A stretch of DNA of 64,000 nucleotides, taken from the NCBI GenBank assembly GCA_026936335.1, contig JAPMXV010000009.1, forward strand, positions 1 through 64,000. The letters run 5' to 3'. Shown here in pieces: positions 19,698-35,500 of the stretch. The position numbers and the translations under genes are program-made. This DNA comes from Mantamonas sphyraenae STR306. Lineage: Eukaryota > Protista > CRuMs. How positions within the stretch are numbered: position 1 is the first letter of the stretch; each line of letters starts with the position of its first letter. The notes below the pieces were generated by a model. The model saw only the letters and a program-made list of their open reading frames with translations, was not told the DNA's origin and ran no database searches.

Positions 19698-22090
19698 ATG
19701 GCTGTGCGCACACTTCTCCTGCTCGCCCTGTGTGCTTGCGTGCTTGCCATGCCCACGGAAATGCACCTGAACAACGACGACAATGCGCTTGGCAACGATC
19801 CGACTGTGTACCAGGTTGGTGCCGGCATCTACGACGTCACCGGCCCGGCCGCCGAAACCGGAATGATGGGCTACGCCATGGTCAAGCAAAAGACCCATGG
19901 CCTGCACTTTCGCCAGCGTGCCCGCACAGTCATCATTGAGGATTCCAGGGAAATCGTGTTGTGCACACCAGCACAGACATCTGCATGACCTACCAGTCGC
20001 TGAAGCTTACCGTCGTCAAGCGCCTTCAGGCCAAGTACGGCAAGATGTACACGGTGGACAATGTTCTCATTTCGGGCATCCACACACACGCTGGACCCGG
20101 CGGCTACTCCTGGTATGTCCTCTACGACGTCACCACGGCCGGTTTCAGCAAGCAAAACTTCGACGCCATTGTCGACGGCATTGTCCAGTCCATTGTCCGT
20201 GCCCACGAGTCCATGCGGCCCTCGCACATCTTTTTCAACCAGGGCAAGCTCGTCAACAGCAACATCAAGTACGTTCCATGTTCCATCTCGGCCATGCGTC
20301 CCGCCGCTCCGCACGCGCAATCCGCGTGGACCGCCCCCCCCCGTTTTCCTCTTCTTCCTTCCCCGCTTTCCTGCTGTGCCCCTCCATCCCTCGCGTCTGC
20401 ACATCGACACGTCCATGCATGCACGCTTCCATTGGCCTCATGCCCCACCCAACCACCGCCCCTGTGCTGCCATGGCCCGTGCTGACGCCTCTGTGCTTTG
20501 CTTTGGTGGCATTCCGCTCTGCGCAGCCGTTCGCCCACCGCCTACCTCATGAACAGCGAAGAGGAGCGCGCCAAGTACCCGGACGGCGACACCGACAAGA
20601 CCATGGCTGTGCTCCGCTTCCAGGACCTGAACGGCAAGGATTTTGCGGCCATTGGCTGGTTCGCAGTGCACTGCACCTCCATGTTCAACACAAACCTGCT
20701 CATCTCGGGCGACAACAAGGGAATGGCTTCGTATCTGTTTGAGCGCCACATGAACCCCACCGACATGCCCCCCGGTTCCAAGGACGGCTTTGTGGCTCTG
20801 TTTCCGCAAACCAACAGCGGCGACGTCAGCCCCAACACGGCCGGCCCCTCCTGCCCCGACGGCAGCAAGTGTGACATCCTGCACTCCACCTGTGGTGGAC
20901 GCAATGAGGGCTGCCAGGGCCGTGGGCCGGCTGGCACCGACGATTTCAAGAACACCGAGATCATCGGCGGCCTCCAAATGCAGGCTGCCCTCGATCTGTT
21001 CAACAATGCCACGGAGTATCTCAACGGCACCGTGGACTTCCGCCACACCTTCCAGGACATGAGCAACCAGGCTGTGCAGGGCAAGTTCACCCAGAAGGGC
21101 AAGGACGGCAACACCTGCCGCGCTGCCATGGGGTATGCCTTTGCAGCAGGCACCACCGACGGCCCCGGCGAGTTTGACTTTACCCAGGCCGACAACAACA
21201 CGCAGGGCAACCCGTTCTGGAACTTCATCTCCTCCTTCCTGGCCAAGCCCACGCAAGACCAAATCCAGTGCCAGGCGCCCAAGCCCATCCTCCTGGACGT
21301 CGGCCAAATCAAGCCCTCGCACTGGACTCCCACCGTGTTGCCCACTCAGGTGCTCAAGATTGGCCAGTTGCTCATCCCAGCCGTGCCTGCCGAGTTCACC
21401 ACCATGGCCGGCCGCCGCGCGCGCGAATTTGTGGCCAAGGCCGCCGAAGAGACCGCCGGCAAACCCTACCACGTGGTGCTCGCAGGCTACGCCAACGCAT
21501 ACGCAAGTTATGTGGCCACCCAGCTCGAGTACGACCAGCAGCGCTACGAGGCCGCCTCCACCTTGTACGGGCCCTTCACCTTGGGTGCGTACATCCAGAG
21601 TCTGGACGCACTCACTCGCGACCTCCTCAGCGGAAAGGCTTCGCCCGATGGACCCACGCCCCTCGACCTCAGCAGCCACACCATCTCCTTTGAGCCGCCC
21701 GTCATTGTGGACGGCGTGCCCTCGGGCAAGAAGTTTGGCGACGTCGAGATGCAGCCTCAGGCAAGCTACCGCGCCGGAGACACTGTCACCGCCCAGTTCT
21801 GGGGCGCCAACCCGCGCAACAACCTGCTCACCGAATCCACCTTTATGACGGTGGAGAAGAAGGGCGACGCTGGCACCTGGACTGTCGTCTTTACCGATTC
21901 GCACATCGAAACGCGTTACCGCTGGGAGCGCCGCGGCCTGGACCACAGCCTCATCACGCAGGAGTGGGACATCAGCAGCGATGTTGCGCCGGGTACCTAC
22001 CGCATGCGCACCTTTGGCTACTCCAAGGATCTGCTTCAGGTCAAGAAGGCGTACTCTGGCGCCACGCAGGAATTCACCGTCACCCAGTGA
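19698..22090 (+). CDS. Neutral/alkaline non-lysosomal ceramidase, secreted; one intron and an apparent 1-nt frameshift near 19946
   Basis: Signal peptide; motifs GAGIYDVTGP, MMGYA, HTHAGP, NINRSP (formed by intron 20269-20526), WFAVHCTSM, GDVSPN, AAGTTDGPG and YEAASTLYGP. A frame change between ..IIEDS and GNRVVHTSTD is required. Confidence 0.9.
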
Positions 22091-22284
22091 TCCACACCGA
22101 ACAAAGCAGATGGTTTGACGTCTCTCACTGTCTCAGTTGACCAATACCTTGTTGCTCTTGCGCACACCGGGCCAAGCCGTACCTGACCTTTTTCCTTTGT
22201 TTGGAGAACTCCCTTTTTCCAAAACGCGATCCAACCCCTTCCCTTCCCGTGAACCCATTTCATCATCAACCAACCCGAAACAAC

Positions 22285-23670
22285 ATGCAAATCGAAGAGA
22301 TGAACCCAACCAACCTGATCCCGTACGCCGCCGAGCGCGCAGTGACGCGCAAGGCGCCCGAGGGTCTGGGCGTCCAGCCCTTTCTGGTGAAGCTGTACAA
22401 CCTGATGCACTCTGAGGAGGTCGAGGCCTCGTCGTGTGTTGAATGGAAGGCAGATACTAGTGGCACAATCAACGGCTTCCTGGTGCGAGACACCAAGATG
22501 CTCGAGAACGAGCTGCTGAAGCGCTTTTTCAACTCGTCCAAGTTTGCGACGCTGGTCCGCCAGCTTCACATCTACGGCTTTGTCAAGCGCACCACCAGCG
22601 AGGGCTGCTACTTCCAGAACCCGCACTTTGTGTACAACAAGCCCGAGGCGATGGTCAACATCGTTCGTCAGGCCAACGACCAGAACCGCAGTGGTCGTCG
22701 CAAGAAGAGCAGCAGCAGCAACGCAGGCAACGGCGGAAGCAGCAGCCGCGGCAGCCCCAACGCCGAAGAGCAGCGACTCCGCAAGGAGAATGCCCGTCTG
22801 CAGGAGCAGCTGCACACCGCCGTCATGCAGAGCAACATGGCAACCCAGGCCCTCATGAGCCTCGTCAACAACCTGTCCCGTTTGGGCAACGCTCAGCTCG
22901 GTAAGTGTCGGCGGACCTCTCGCGCAGAAAAGACATAGCTGCGTTTTTTTTTCCTCCCGTCCTCCATGGCCGCGGACGAAAACGCCCGCCTGTGCGCGTG
23001 ATTCATCTTTATTTTTATCTACATTGTCAGAGTTCATGTGCATGGACACGGCGGCGTCGTCACAGGCGCTGGCCGATGACGTACAACTCACGAATATGAT
23101 GCAAGGCGACGGTTTTTGGTTTTTCCCCCTTTCCCCCCGACGCTGAATGACGCAATTCCGAATGTGCTAACCCAGCCGCGCTGCACGCTTGCCTCGCACC
23201 CTGCCGATGCGTCTCGTTTGCCGACATGCACATCCCTTTCCCGCGACCCAGACACCATTGTGCAGCAATGCACGAATGGCCTGCCGAGCTTGGGCGAAAA
23301 GCGCGAGCGCGACGAGGACCTGGAACTTGGCCTGCCTGCATCGAAGCGCAGCCGCATCGCGTCGACGAGCAGCGAGGATTCGAGTGTGTCTGCGACGTCG
23401 TCGCGCACATACTTGAGGCAAGACAGCTGCGAGTCGCTTACCGAAGAGGCGTGGCCGAACCCCGAGGCGAGCTCACCGCTGAGCGAGAGCTCGTACGACA
23501 CGCTTGACACGCTGGAGAACACCATGGCAGCGGCACTGGACTCGCCGTCGGCTCTGAGCGAGATCAGCATGGACATGCACCTTGATGTCCACGCTTCCGA
23601 GCCGTCGGACATGTCGCAGCTTGCTTCGTTGGCGTCGGTGTTTGACGACGAGGCCGTGATGACGGTCTGA
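22285..23670 (+). CDS. Heat-shock-factor-type DNA-binding protein with a coiled coil and an acidic Ser-rich tail
   Basis: HSF domain PFLVKLYNLM...W...F.V.D...LLKRFF.SSKFATLVRQLHIYGF.K...F.NPHF. Predicted exons 22285-22900, 23031-23111 (81 nt, weak GTTTTT donor, less certain) and 23252-23670. Confidence 0.85.
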
Positions 23671-25117
23671 ACGCACAACGTGGTGACGCGTGTCTCGTGC
23701 GGGTAGGTGAGTGTGGTGCGTGAGTTGGGCGTGGCAAGGCAGAGGCGCCGTGGAGGCGTGAGGGAAGTGCGTGGGGAGGGGTACGCAGAGGGTTTTGGCG
23801 TCTGGCAGGCGGCCGGCATGCAGAGGCACGAGCCGTGTCGGCTCGTGCCTTGAACTGCCTTTTTGCACGTTTCTGTCGACAGGATCGACACACACAGAGA
23901 GGGGAATTGCGAACACGCAAGCGGCGGTTGTCTCTTGTCCAAGGCGGCGTGCCCAGTCCACAGAGGTGCATGTGCGATGGCGAGCAGGCGCGTACGGCCT
24001 CCATACCTACGGCTCGCCCGTGTGATGGCGCACGCTCCCGCGCTGGATGCTTTCTTTGGGAAGGGAAAGCAGCAGCGCTGGGGGCGGCGAACCACAAGAC
24101 CACGGGCTATGGAGGTGCAATCGGCGCCCTGCTGACTGCCAGCACTCGTCTCTCTCGGATTAGTTGGGCACGTGTCGTTGCCGGAAACAATATGACCGTC
24201 CAAAGCGGATCGCACCCGATTTCTGTGGCGTGCAAAGCGTCGCCTGGCCTGTGTTGTGGCTGAGCCACGCACGGGGAAGGAGAACCGACTGTTTGTGGGC
24301 GCTGCCGCGCACACCGTTGCCTCTGCCTGCAAATCAAGCAGGCATGCGGCGTGTGGCGTAGAGCGGCTGCTTGCGAACGGCGCTCCTTTTCAGACGAACC
24401 GCCATCTGTGTGCTGCCATCTCCGCTGCGCCCTCTTTCTCTTGTCTTGCTGCCTGCCATGCAACCCTGGCACACGATGCGTCGCTTCTTTTGGCGTTGCC
24501 ATCTGTTGCCACTCCCTGCCTTTTTTACGAGAGCACACACGACAATGAAAAGCTGTTCCAATCAGGCCAAGGCGGAAATTTTTTGTCGACGTGGGCCGTT
24601 TTTCGCAGGAGAGCCGTCGCACACGTCGACACGTCGACTGCACCGCGTTTGTGCGAAGTGCATGGTTCAAAAGGGGTGCGGGACGATTGCGCCGAGCCAG
24701 GCACCCCAACGGAAAAACACACCGCAAACCAGTATGTTGTCGAACCATCCACACACTGCTTCAGTGAGTGCATGAGGCACGATGCATGGAATGCCGTACG
24801 TCGGATCGTCCTCGATGGCGTCGACAAGCGTGCACGCGTTTGCGTTTCCTTCCGTCGCCGCACTTTCCGGCTGCACGTCGTATCCGACCACACGGACACG
24901 TGCAGAGGTCAGCATGCGCGCCCGGCAATTGTGCATGAATTGGACACGCAATGGACGTGGCGACATGCTCTGGCATGTCGTCGTCCACGTGTTTGGTGCG
25001 CAAGAGGGCAGTCCCGGGAATTCCGGACAACCCCCTTTTTTCGTTTTTGTGGCCGTTGCGAGAGGGGAAAACCCTCCCACGGGCCACAGCGACGCCCAGA
25101 CGCACGAGCGAACGTGA

Positions 25118-26422
<1,305 letters not shown>

Positions 26423-26557
26423 GTGCCTTTGGGGCAACCCCAGTTGGCTCAAACTTCCCCCGCAGCGGCAGCTACGCCTGCTCGTTTCGGCTGTGACGTG
26501 TTGAGCACACAACAACAAACACCCCTTTCAACAACACATCTCCCCTTTCCATTCCCT

Positions 26558-29500
26558 TCACTCAAAATCATACTCACTGCGCGACTTCTTGGCAAGTTCT
26601 TTGCTCTGCTCCTGGATCAACTTGATCGAGTTGGCCATCAAGCGCTTCACATCCTCAGCTGCAATCTGTCGCTCCTCCAGCTCCTGTACGTGCTCCAACT
26701 GTGCCTGCAGCATCTTGTGCACGTGCTTCAGTTGCTTCACAAGCTCCTTCTTCTCCTTGGCGCTCTCCTCAAAACGCTCGTTCAGCTCCTGGAACCGAGC
26801 CTCCTCCACGCTCGCCAGTTTCTCCAGGTTACCCGTCAGCTGCGCGTTCACGTTTGTCAGCATCTCTGTGTTGCGCAGCATCTTTTCCACCTCTCCTTCC
26901 GCACGCTCCTTTGCCGTGCGCAGCGATTCCGCTTCGTCTCGGAGCGAGTCCCGCTCCTTCACCAGGCCTGCCTTTTGCTTCTGCAGCACCGCCACCTGCT
27001 TCATCTGCTCCTCCAGAAGCGACTCCGCCCCTTCCACCTTTTCTCCCATGCGTTCCATTGCCTCCTCCAGCTCCACAATCCGTGCCCGAGCTGCCTCGTG
27101 CTCCTCGTCCCGTGAGTGGATCAGCTTGTCCATGTGCGTCAGGATCGCTTCGCTGTTGCTGCCCACAAATCCAATCTCCAGCAACGACAGCAGCGCAATC
27201 TGCTGCAACTCCCCAGGGTAGTCGTCCTGCAGGAAAACCGCAAGCGCCTGCACCGCATTGTTCTCCTGCAGTGTGTTGCGGTTCTCTGCGTTGTTGTGGC
27301 AGCACGCACGCACAACGCCAAGCACTTTCAGCCGTTCTGCGTTTTCCGTGTTGTGCAAAAGGTGCAGCAGCACAGGCAGTCCCCCCTCCTCTCGGATCGC
27401 GTCCGTCTCCGCTGCCTCGCTTGTGCTCACATACAGCACCTCCAGCGCTGCCCGTGCCACCTCCTCCTTCGACGCATGCTTCTTCAGCACAGCTGTACAC
27501 AGGCCCAGCCCGCCACTCTCCAAAAACTCATCTCGGCACACTTTCACCGGTACACACTGGCCCAACGCTTGCAGCGCTGGCTTCTGCACGCGCACCTCGT
27601 CCACCCGCAGCAGCTCTGTCAACGCACGGATTCCATGCACGCTCACAATGTCGTCCAGGAACACGCGCTGTCGCGTCAGCTCAGGCATCAGCGTCACCAC
27701 GCGCGCAAGCACCGGCACGCTTTCGCTTTGCAGCAACGCAAAAACCGTACGCACGCCGTGGCACGTGCGCAAACGCTCCAAAAAGTCATCCAGGTCCATC
27801 GCTGCAAACTGCATCAGGATAAACGACAGATTCTCTGCAATCGCTGCGTGCCCATACTGCCGCGACAGCACCTGGCACACCCCTGGCACGCCACCTTCTC
27901 GCATCGCCGTTTCACACGAGCCCACGTTTCCGCTTGTGATCGACTTCAGCACAGACGTCACCGTCACCATCAGGCTTTCGTCCGGGTGCTGGAGCAGCGC
28001 AACAACCTGCTTGATAAACTCTTCGTTCTGCAAAACCCCACGCGCCTTTTTGTCTGCCGCCACAACGCTCACAGCAAGCAGCGCCTTGCTCATCAGCTCA
28101 AAGTCTTCGCTGTGCAGGCACTCAAACAGCGCGTCAAACCCATACTCCAGAATGTGGCCACGAACCACGCTGTTCCTGCCCAAAGCTGCAATGCACTCGC
28201 ACGCGTGCGCACGCACCATCTCGTTCCCGTGTTGCAGCAGCCTCATCACAAGCGTCACTCCATCCAACTCGTCCACCTGGTTCTGGTTTCCTTCGTTGTT
28301 TGCAAGCACCACTGCCAGCGCGTGTGTCGCCTCCACCACCACGTTCTCTTCCAGGATATCATCCGATTCTTCGTACTCTCGCATCACCTCCACCAGGTGT
28401 CGCACACCGCCCAACCCACGCACCATCTCCTGGTCCTCCGGCTGGCTCGCCAGCACGCTGATTGCAAAGCACGCCTGTCCCATCAACTCTGCAGACCCTT
28501 GTCCCGCCTCGCCCTCGCGACCAACCATCTCAATCAGCACAGACAGGCCTGCCTCCTGTCGGATCACAGGTTGGCACGCCTCGTTCCCTGCAAGCGCATA
28601 CAGGCACTCCAGCGCTCCTGCACGCACCTCCCAGTGCGAATCCTTCACGCTGCGCACAATCGTCCCAATTGCACGTTCCTCCACCAGCAGTGGACCCACT
28701 CCTTCCACGTCGTAGCTCGACAGCAGCGACACCGTCTCCAACGCACACACTCGCAGCTCCCGCTCCACCTCCATCCGTTCCGGCAGCAGCTCCACCAGCA
28801 GCGGCACAAGCGCACGCACGTGCTCCTCGTCAAACACATTGCCCAGCTTGCTCATCGCGTTGAACACCCCGCACGCAGCAAGTTTCAGGTCGGCGTACCC
28901 TTTGTCCAGCAGGCCCAACAGCGCGTCCACCCCTCCGCTCTTCAGAAATTGCTGGTGGTGACTCGCATTCCGGCCCAGAATCCCTCCCAGCGTCCCAATC
29001 GCTGCTTGCTGTATCTCAAAGCTCTTGCTGTCCAGCAAATCCACTAGCCGCCCAACCACAAACGCCTCGTGGTTGCGCGAAAAGCAAACCAGCAGCAGCA
29101 TCGACACAACCTGACACGTCACAGGCAGCAAGCTCTCCGGGCCCCTGTGCAACACATCGATCAATGGCTCTGCAATTTCCAGCACTGCAAACTCTGCCCC
29201 CGTCTCGGGAAAGTACTCCAGCAGCTTCACCACCATCTCCAGCGTCGGTTTGCCCAGCGATTCCACAAACTTGCTCGACACACGCGTCCAGTCGCGCATC
29301 GCCTCAAAGTCCGCTGGCACTTCCGTCTCCTCCAACAGCCCTACCTCCTCACCGGCTCCACCCTGCGCCGTCTCTGCCCACTCGTAGTAGTTTGCCAACA
29401 GAGCCAACGTGTCGCTCAGTGCATCCACCACACCCTTGTCAATTGCCGACTTGGCTGTCGACTCGCTCACAAGCATGCTGTTCACAATCGCCGTCGACAA

Positions 29501-32500
29501 TTGCCTCGCCCCAAGGTGTTCGTAGTACATCAACGACACCAGCAACGACATCCCGCGTGCCTTGCGCACAGCCCGCACCACAAAGTGCGCTCCGTTCACA
29601 AACGCAAGCATGCACTCCAATGCACGCAGCACAAGCCGAGTGCGCTCCACTTGCATCAGAGCAATAAGCACCTTCACAGCCCCCGCGCTCGTGTACGCCT
29701 CTCGGTTGCCTTCGATTCGGATTGTGTGCGCAAACACGTCCAGTGCCATTGCAATCGTCCCTGCGTCATTTCGCGTAGCCACAAGGTTGTCCACCACCAC
29801 AGGCACTAGTTCGTACTGCACCTCGTAGAACGGCGAGTCCTTTGGAGGCAGGGTGTCGATCAGCCGGCTCAAAATCGTCAGGCTTGTGTGTCGGATCGAC
29901 TCGCTCCTGTGGCGCAGCAGCTTTACCAGGCTCACGTAGATCTGGTATGTCTTCAGGGTGCGCAGGATGTCTCGCGAGATCTCCTCCTGGCTTAGCTCCT
30001 CCAGCAGCTCCAGAATCGCCCCATACAGCGATTCCTCTCGCAGCACCTCGATGCCCACGTACATCCCACTCACACCACTATCCTCATCCTCCTCCTCCCT
30101 GCCCTCTCCTCCTCGTCCCTCCTCGCCAACCATCTGTGGAAGTTGCAGACCTTCGTCTTCCGCACCCGCCTCCATATCAACATCGTCATCCTCGTCGTCT
30201 TCGTTGTCCACTGCATCTTGCAGAGCGCGCGGGTCTTCTCCAGGCTGCTGCTCCAAATCAAATGTTTCAAACGACGTGTCCGATCGCGGAAGCTGCGCCA
30301 CAAGAGCTGCCAGCCCGCCGCTCTCGCGGATCTCCTGCCGCACGTCCGACTCGGCGTCCACAGACGCAAACAGTTTCACCAAGCGTAGGCATGCCACGCC
30401 CAGAGGCACGCTCTGCGTATCCATCGTTGCCAATGTGCGCGGTACGAACTGCATCGCTTTGAACGTCTCCACCGGTTGCAGCTGCACAACCAGATTGCGC
30501 AGCGCGCCCAGAAGCATCACCCCACAGTACTCCTCGTCAGTGGCCAGCTCAAACTGGTACGGAAACTCTTCCATCGCATCAATCTGCTGGCTAATCAGCT
30601 CCGCGCTTGCAAGCATCGCCTCGTGGCCGCCCACACTCATCAGATGGGCACCTGCATTCACACGTCGGCTCAACGCAACCAAAAGCCGCGCAACCATCTT
30701 CAACACACTGCTGTGGTACACGCGCTGCTGGCTGCCCGCCACAGGCACAGGCAGGGCGCCAAGCAGAACTGTGCACACACGCTGTGTAAACTCGTTCCCT
30801 TTGCGATCTCGGAACGAGCTGCGGTTGATGTAATCCTCTAGCACCTGCATCACAAGCAACAGTGCGTCCTCTTGCACCTTGCGCCCAGATGCCGCCTCCA
30901 TCTTGCTTTCCAGCGAGCTCAGCATGCCGGCCATGCCCGCCCGGCTTGCAAGGATTGTCGACAACAGGTGGCCATATGCCTCCAGCGCCTCCTGCTGCAG
31001 CTCGGACGCACTTGCCATCTTGGCTGCGCTGGTTGGCGACGACGTCCCGCCAAGCTCGCCTGCGCTCGTGCTCGCCGCGTGCAGCGAAATGCTCTCGCTG
31101 TTGAACGGGATCATGTCCATCAGCACGTCGATGATCTTTTCCTCCAGCATGATGTCCAGGCACTCGTCGCCGCCCTCTTCGTCTTCCTCGCCCTTCTGCA
31201 CTGCCGCAAACGACCTCAGTGCGTCTGCCGCAAACGCGCTCGACCTGCCGTTCGATCCTCTCAGCAGACCCATCAACACCTGTACGCCTCCGCTCTCTGC
31301 AATGGCCTTGCGCCCTGCGTTCGATCCCATCGCCATCTGTGCAATCGTGTTCAGAATGCTCTGTTGCAGAGCTTCAGACCCTGCCGTTGTGCCCAGCAAC
31401 TGGAAGAACACGCCCAACGCGTCTCGTTCCAGCAACTCTGCATTGCACGCCTCGTTGCCTGCGAGCCCACCTACAATTCGCAGCAGAAGGCGCAGCATCT
31501 CCACATCCTCTACCACGTCTGCCCGCTGGCTTTCTTCGTGCGTCATCTGCAGAATCACCTGGATCCCATTGGCCTCCAGGATGCGCTCGCTCACATTTGC
31601 GTCCCTGTGCACAAGCAGCGCATCCAAACATCGCAGCGCAGACAATTGCAGCTGTTTCAGGTAAGCATACCGCGTCACCTCTCCCTCCACCACCGGCGTC
31701 TTTTCCACCTGGAACACAGCCTGCACATATTCCAGCACCGTGTGCAGCGCATTTGTCTCTGCAATCACCGTTGCGCCTCCTTCGTCGCTTCCAAGTATCA
31801 CCAACAGCTCCATCAGCCACGGCATGTACAGGCGTGCTGCGTTTCCGTTCACGTTCATGTCCCCACGCGCCAGTTCGCCAAGCTCGTCCAGCTCATCCAT
31901 CTCTTCCTCTTCCTCCTCCTCTTCCTCATCTTCATCTTCGTTCTGGCCCCGTGGCAGAAGCCACTCGGTATCCTCGCTCACAAGCGTCAGCAGACACGGA
32001 TCGCCACTCAGCTGCACAAACTCCTCCTGGAGCTCCAGCTGCACCGCGTGTTCAAAGTCCAACAGCGACATGCCGTCGTTCTCCCAGCGCAGTTTGCGTG
32101 GCGACATGAAATAGTGTAGCAGCCTGCGCATAGGCCCACTTGCACTAACCACGCTTGCCAGCCACTCGGCATCGCCTGAGCACAGCATACGCAGCAGATG
32201 CACAATCATAAACATCGGCAAGGCGTCGTCGTCGTGGTCGCCTCTCTCCAAGTGGAAGTAGTCCAACAGTGCAGAGATGGCTGACACGCCGCTGTTGGCC
32301 ATCAGCAACTCTTGTGCCCCCTTGCCCATCTCGGGCACCTGGCACACCAGCACAACCAGCATCAACACGCGCATCCACAGCGTATTGTGCATCGGGTCCA
32401 GCAGCAGCTGCGTGAGCGACGGCAGCAGAAGGTCTACGTTCTTGGACAGCAGCTTCATGTGCTGCGACGGAGCCATGCCCTCGTACACCATCGTTGTAAA

Positions 32501-35500
32501 CGCCGTCAGCAACGGGTCTTGCCATTCACCAGCCACACACAACACCTTGGCCATGCGGTACAGCAGCGCACGCCCCACATGCGCTCCCAGCATCTCCGGG
32601 TCGTTGGCAGCACTCAACTGCACCTGTGTCAGGAAACTGTCTCCCGTGAGCAGCAGTGACGTGTCGTCACGTCGCTGGCCCAGGTACGTCGACAGCGCCA
32701 CGAAGCCGCCTGCGCCCATAAACTTGGCAAACCACTGCGACCCCTTTGGGAAGTCCTTGCACACAAGGTACACCAGTTCCAGAACAAGCAGGTTGTCGTT
32801 GGTCGCTTGTTCGTTCAGGTAGCGCAGGAACATGGTGAAGCCTTGGTTCTCCGCCACCGTCTCTTGATAGCTGCGCAACCGCTCGGGGTCATCGTCCTGG
32901 ATTACGGACAACAGGATCGACAGCAGCGCCTGCTCCTTCCGCGACATGTGTGTCGGTGCAAGCTGCATGGCACGCTCCAGCACAGGCAACACAAATTCCA
33001 CCACGTGGCACTCGTGGAACACTTGGCCGTAGGCAGACGAGTGCTTCGCCAGCTGCAGCACGAGGTCTACCCCCACCATGCCGTACGTGTCCAGGTTGCT
33101 CAGAAGCACACGCAGCACACGCGTGTCACCCAGAAACATCGGCAGCGATGCCGCCGAGTCGTTCACAATGTTCAGAAACACGCGAAGGATGTTGACCACC
33201 GCAAAGTAGGTTGCCGAGTCTCGATCGGGCGTCTCCTCCTCCTGCGACTCCACAAACGCAAGCAACACACCCACGAGATCAATCTCCACAAACAGGTCAT
33301 GCCAGCGTTCCAGCTGGCCAAGTGGACGCGATTCGGTCGTAAACGTACTTTGTGTGCCAAACCGTTGCTGTTCGCCCGCACTGGCGTTCCCTCCGCTGCT
33401 TGCGGACAAACCTCCGCCGTCCAGACTCATGTTGGAGCTGCCTCGCTCAAGAAGTGCGCGTGTGCGCTGCCGCTTGAGTGTGCCCACGTTGCGTGCCTTG
33501 TTGCCTGTCTTTTTCATCACCGCACGCTGTGGAGGCTCCACCAATGCCTTGACCTGTTGCACCTTGAGCGGCGACGACACAAGGCGCACAGGGGACAGGT
33601 TTTGCACGAGCGTCTGCAGCAATTCGCTTGCCGCTTCCGCAGGCTCCTCTGCGCGGTAGGCAAATGTGCGCAGAACAGTGTGCAGACTCTTGCCCGTGCG
33701 TGCACTCTCCATCACCATCAACGTCACACTCCCGTGCGGCAGCTGGCCCTCTTCCGCTGCGCTCAAGCCCGTCTCATGCCGCAGCATACCGGTCAGCGCA
33801 CGCATGCTCGCATACACCGCCTCTTGCGACGGAGCCGTGGCGCACAGACGCAGCAGCTCTCCAGCAAACAGAGTACGCCACCTGTCACTCTTGACAATGC
33901 CTTCACACTGCGCCGTGCTTTCACTGTCCTCCAGCGTCGCCATCGACGCAAGCGTCTTGGCCACCAGCAGCTGCAGAGCTTGGGTTGCCTTCTTTCCCAA
34001 TGGTTCCAGGTAGAAATGGTGCAGGATGCAGTCACATCCCGTGTTGAACAGCGTCGGGGGCACAAATTCGCGCAGATTGGGCAGATGCGGATACGATTGC
34101 GCCTCCACAATGCTCGCCAAGGACGCGAAAGGAAGCATGTGTTCCCGCTCGCTCAGGTATTCCACCACACGCGTCTCGCGACACACAACCGCCAGCAGGC
34201 TCACCATAAGCTCAAACGTCGACGGAAACTGCAGGAACGTCAACAGGTAGTCCAGCAGTGGCTCATCTTTGTCCGTTGTCAACTCCAAAAGCGTCAGGCA
34301 CGCCTCGTTGTTGCGACGCAGCACGCCCACCAGCACACGCAGGATCATCTGCGTGCGGAACACATCCACCGCCTCTTGCTCGACAAGCAGCCTCAAAGGC
34401 TCGCCCACACGCTGCTTGAAAGTCGACTGGCTACGCACCATCACGTTCTTCTTGGACCTCGCGCGTTGCACACGGCGAGATGGCAAATGTGTAGGTGCTT
34501 TGCTCGTAGGCCTGGGCGGAGGCGGCGGCGATGCCATCGTCTCCTCCTCCTCGTCTTCGGGAGGAGGCGGCGGCGGAGGAAGCACACCGTCCTCTTCCAG
34601 CTCCTCGGGTTCTGGAGGCGGAGGCACATCGTCTTCTTCCTCATCCTCAGGCGGCGGAGGCGGCCCGTCGTCGTCCTCCAGCTCGTCGTCATGCATTGGC
34701 GCAGGCAACGGGATGTCTTCGTCGCTGTCGGGCTCCTCCTCGTCCGTGCTGTAGTCTGCAGCGGCTGGGGTGCTGCCGGCACTGCTGCTGGTGCTTTCTG
34801 CTGGTTGCGCCAGCACAAACTCGCCCTCTTCGTCCTCTTCGTCCTCTTCGTCCTCCTCTGCACCTGCTGCACTTTCGTACAGCCCCACACCTGTCGATGG
34901 CGTGCTCAGATTGTTCGTGAGGAACGTCAGCGCGTCCGGAGTGCCCAGCACGTCGACCAGGTCGGCGCTCTGGTCTTCTAGGGCAAGAAACAGCAGGCAG
35001 AGCTGGTGCAGGACGTGTTGCTCGTGCTTGGATCCCGTAAACAGCACCATGATGTGTTCCAGCGTCTGGGCTCCGTCGTGGGCGTCAAACGTGGCACGAT
35101 CCTCCTCCATGCTCTGCTCAAACTCTGCTGCACGTACGCCCAAGAAGCAGTACAACAGCGAGAGGGCCTTGGAGCGAATGGCTTCGTCCACAATGCGGCT
35201 TGCGGCCGCCTTGTACGTGTTGCGTCGCAGGATGGCCACCAGCAAACGCACCACGTTGACACGGCCATACCCGCGAAAGCGCTCGATGTCGGCCTGGTGC
35301 ACATCGTTGTCCACATTAAAGTTGCGCACGGTCAACGGGTGATGGTCGCGGCCCAGGCACATGCGCAGCATCAGGTGCAGGACGCCGTGGATCACGCTCG
35401 CGCGGGTGGTCGAATCGGCAAGGGTTTCCAGCAACACCTCGTGTCCTGACACGTTGCCAAACTGGTAGCGTGCCTTGTCGCCCTCCAGCACAAACGGATG

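Noticed and set aside
19944-19956. Programmed -1 frameshift at GGGAAAT
   Set aside because: The heptamer is out of phase with the incoming frame (AGG GAA ATC), so it does not fit X XXY YYZ.
25011-25028. Heat-shock element upstream of polyubiquitin
   Set aside because: GTCCCGGGAATTCCGGAC gives only TCCnnGGAnnTCC, mismatched in every unit relative to nGAAnnTTCn; not enough to call.
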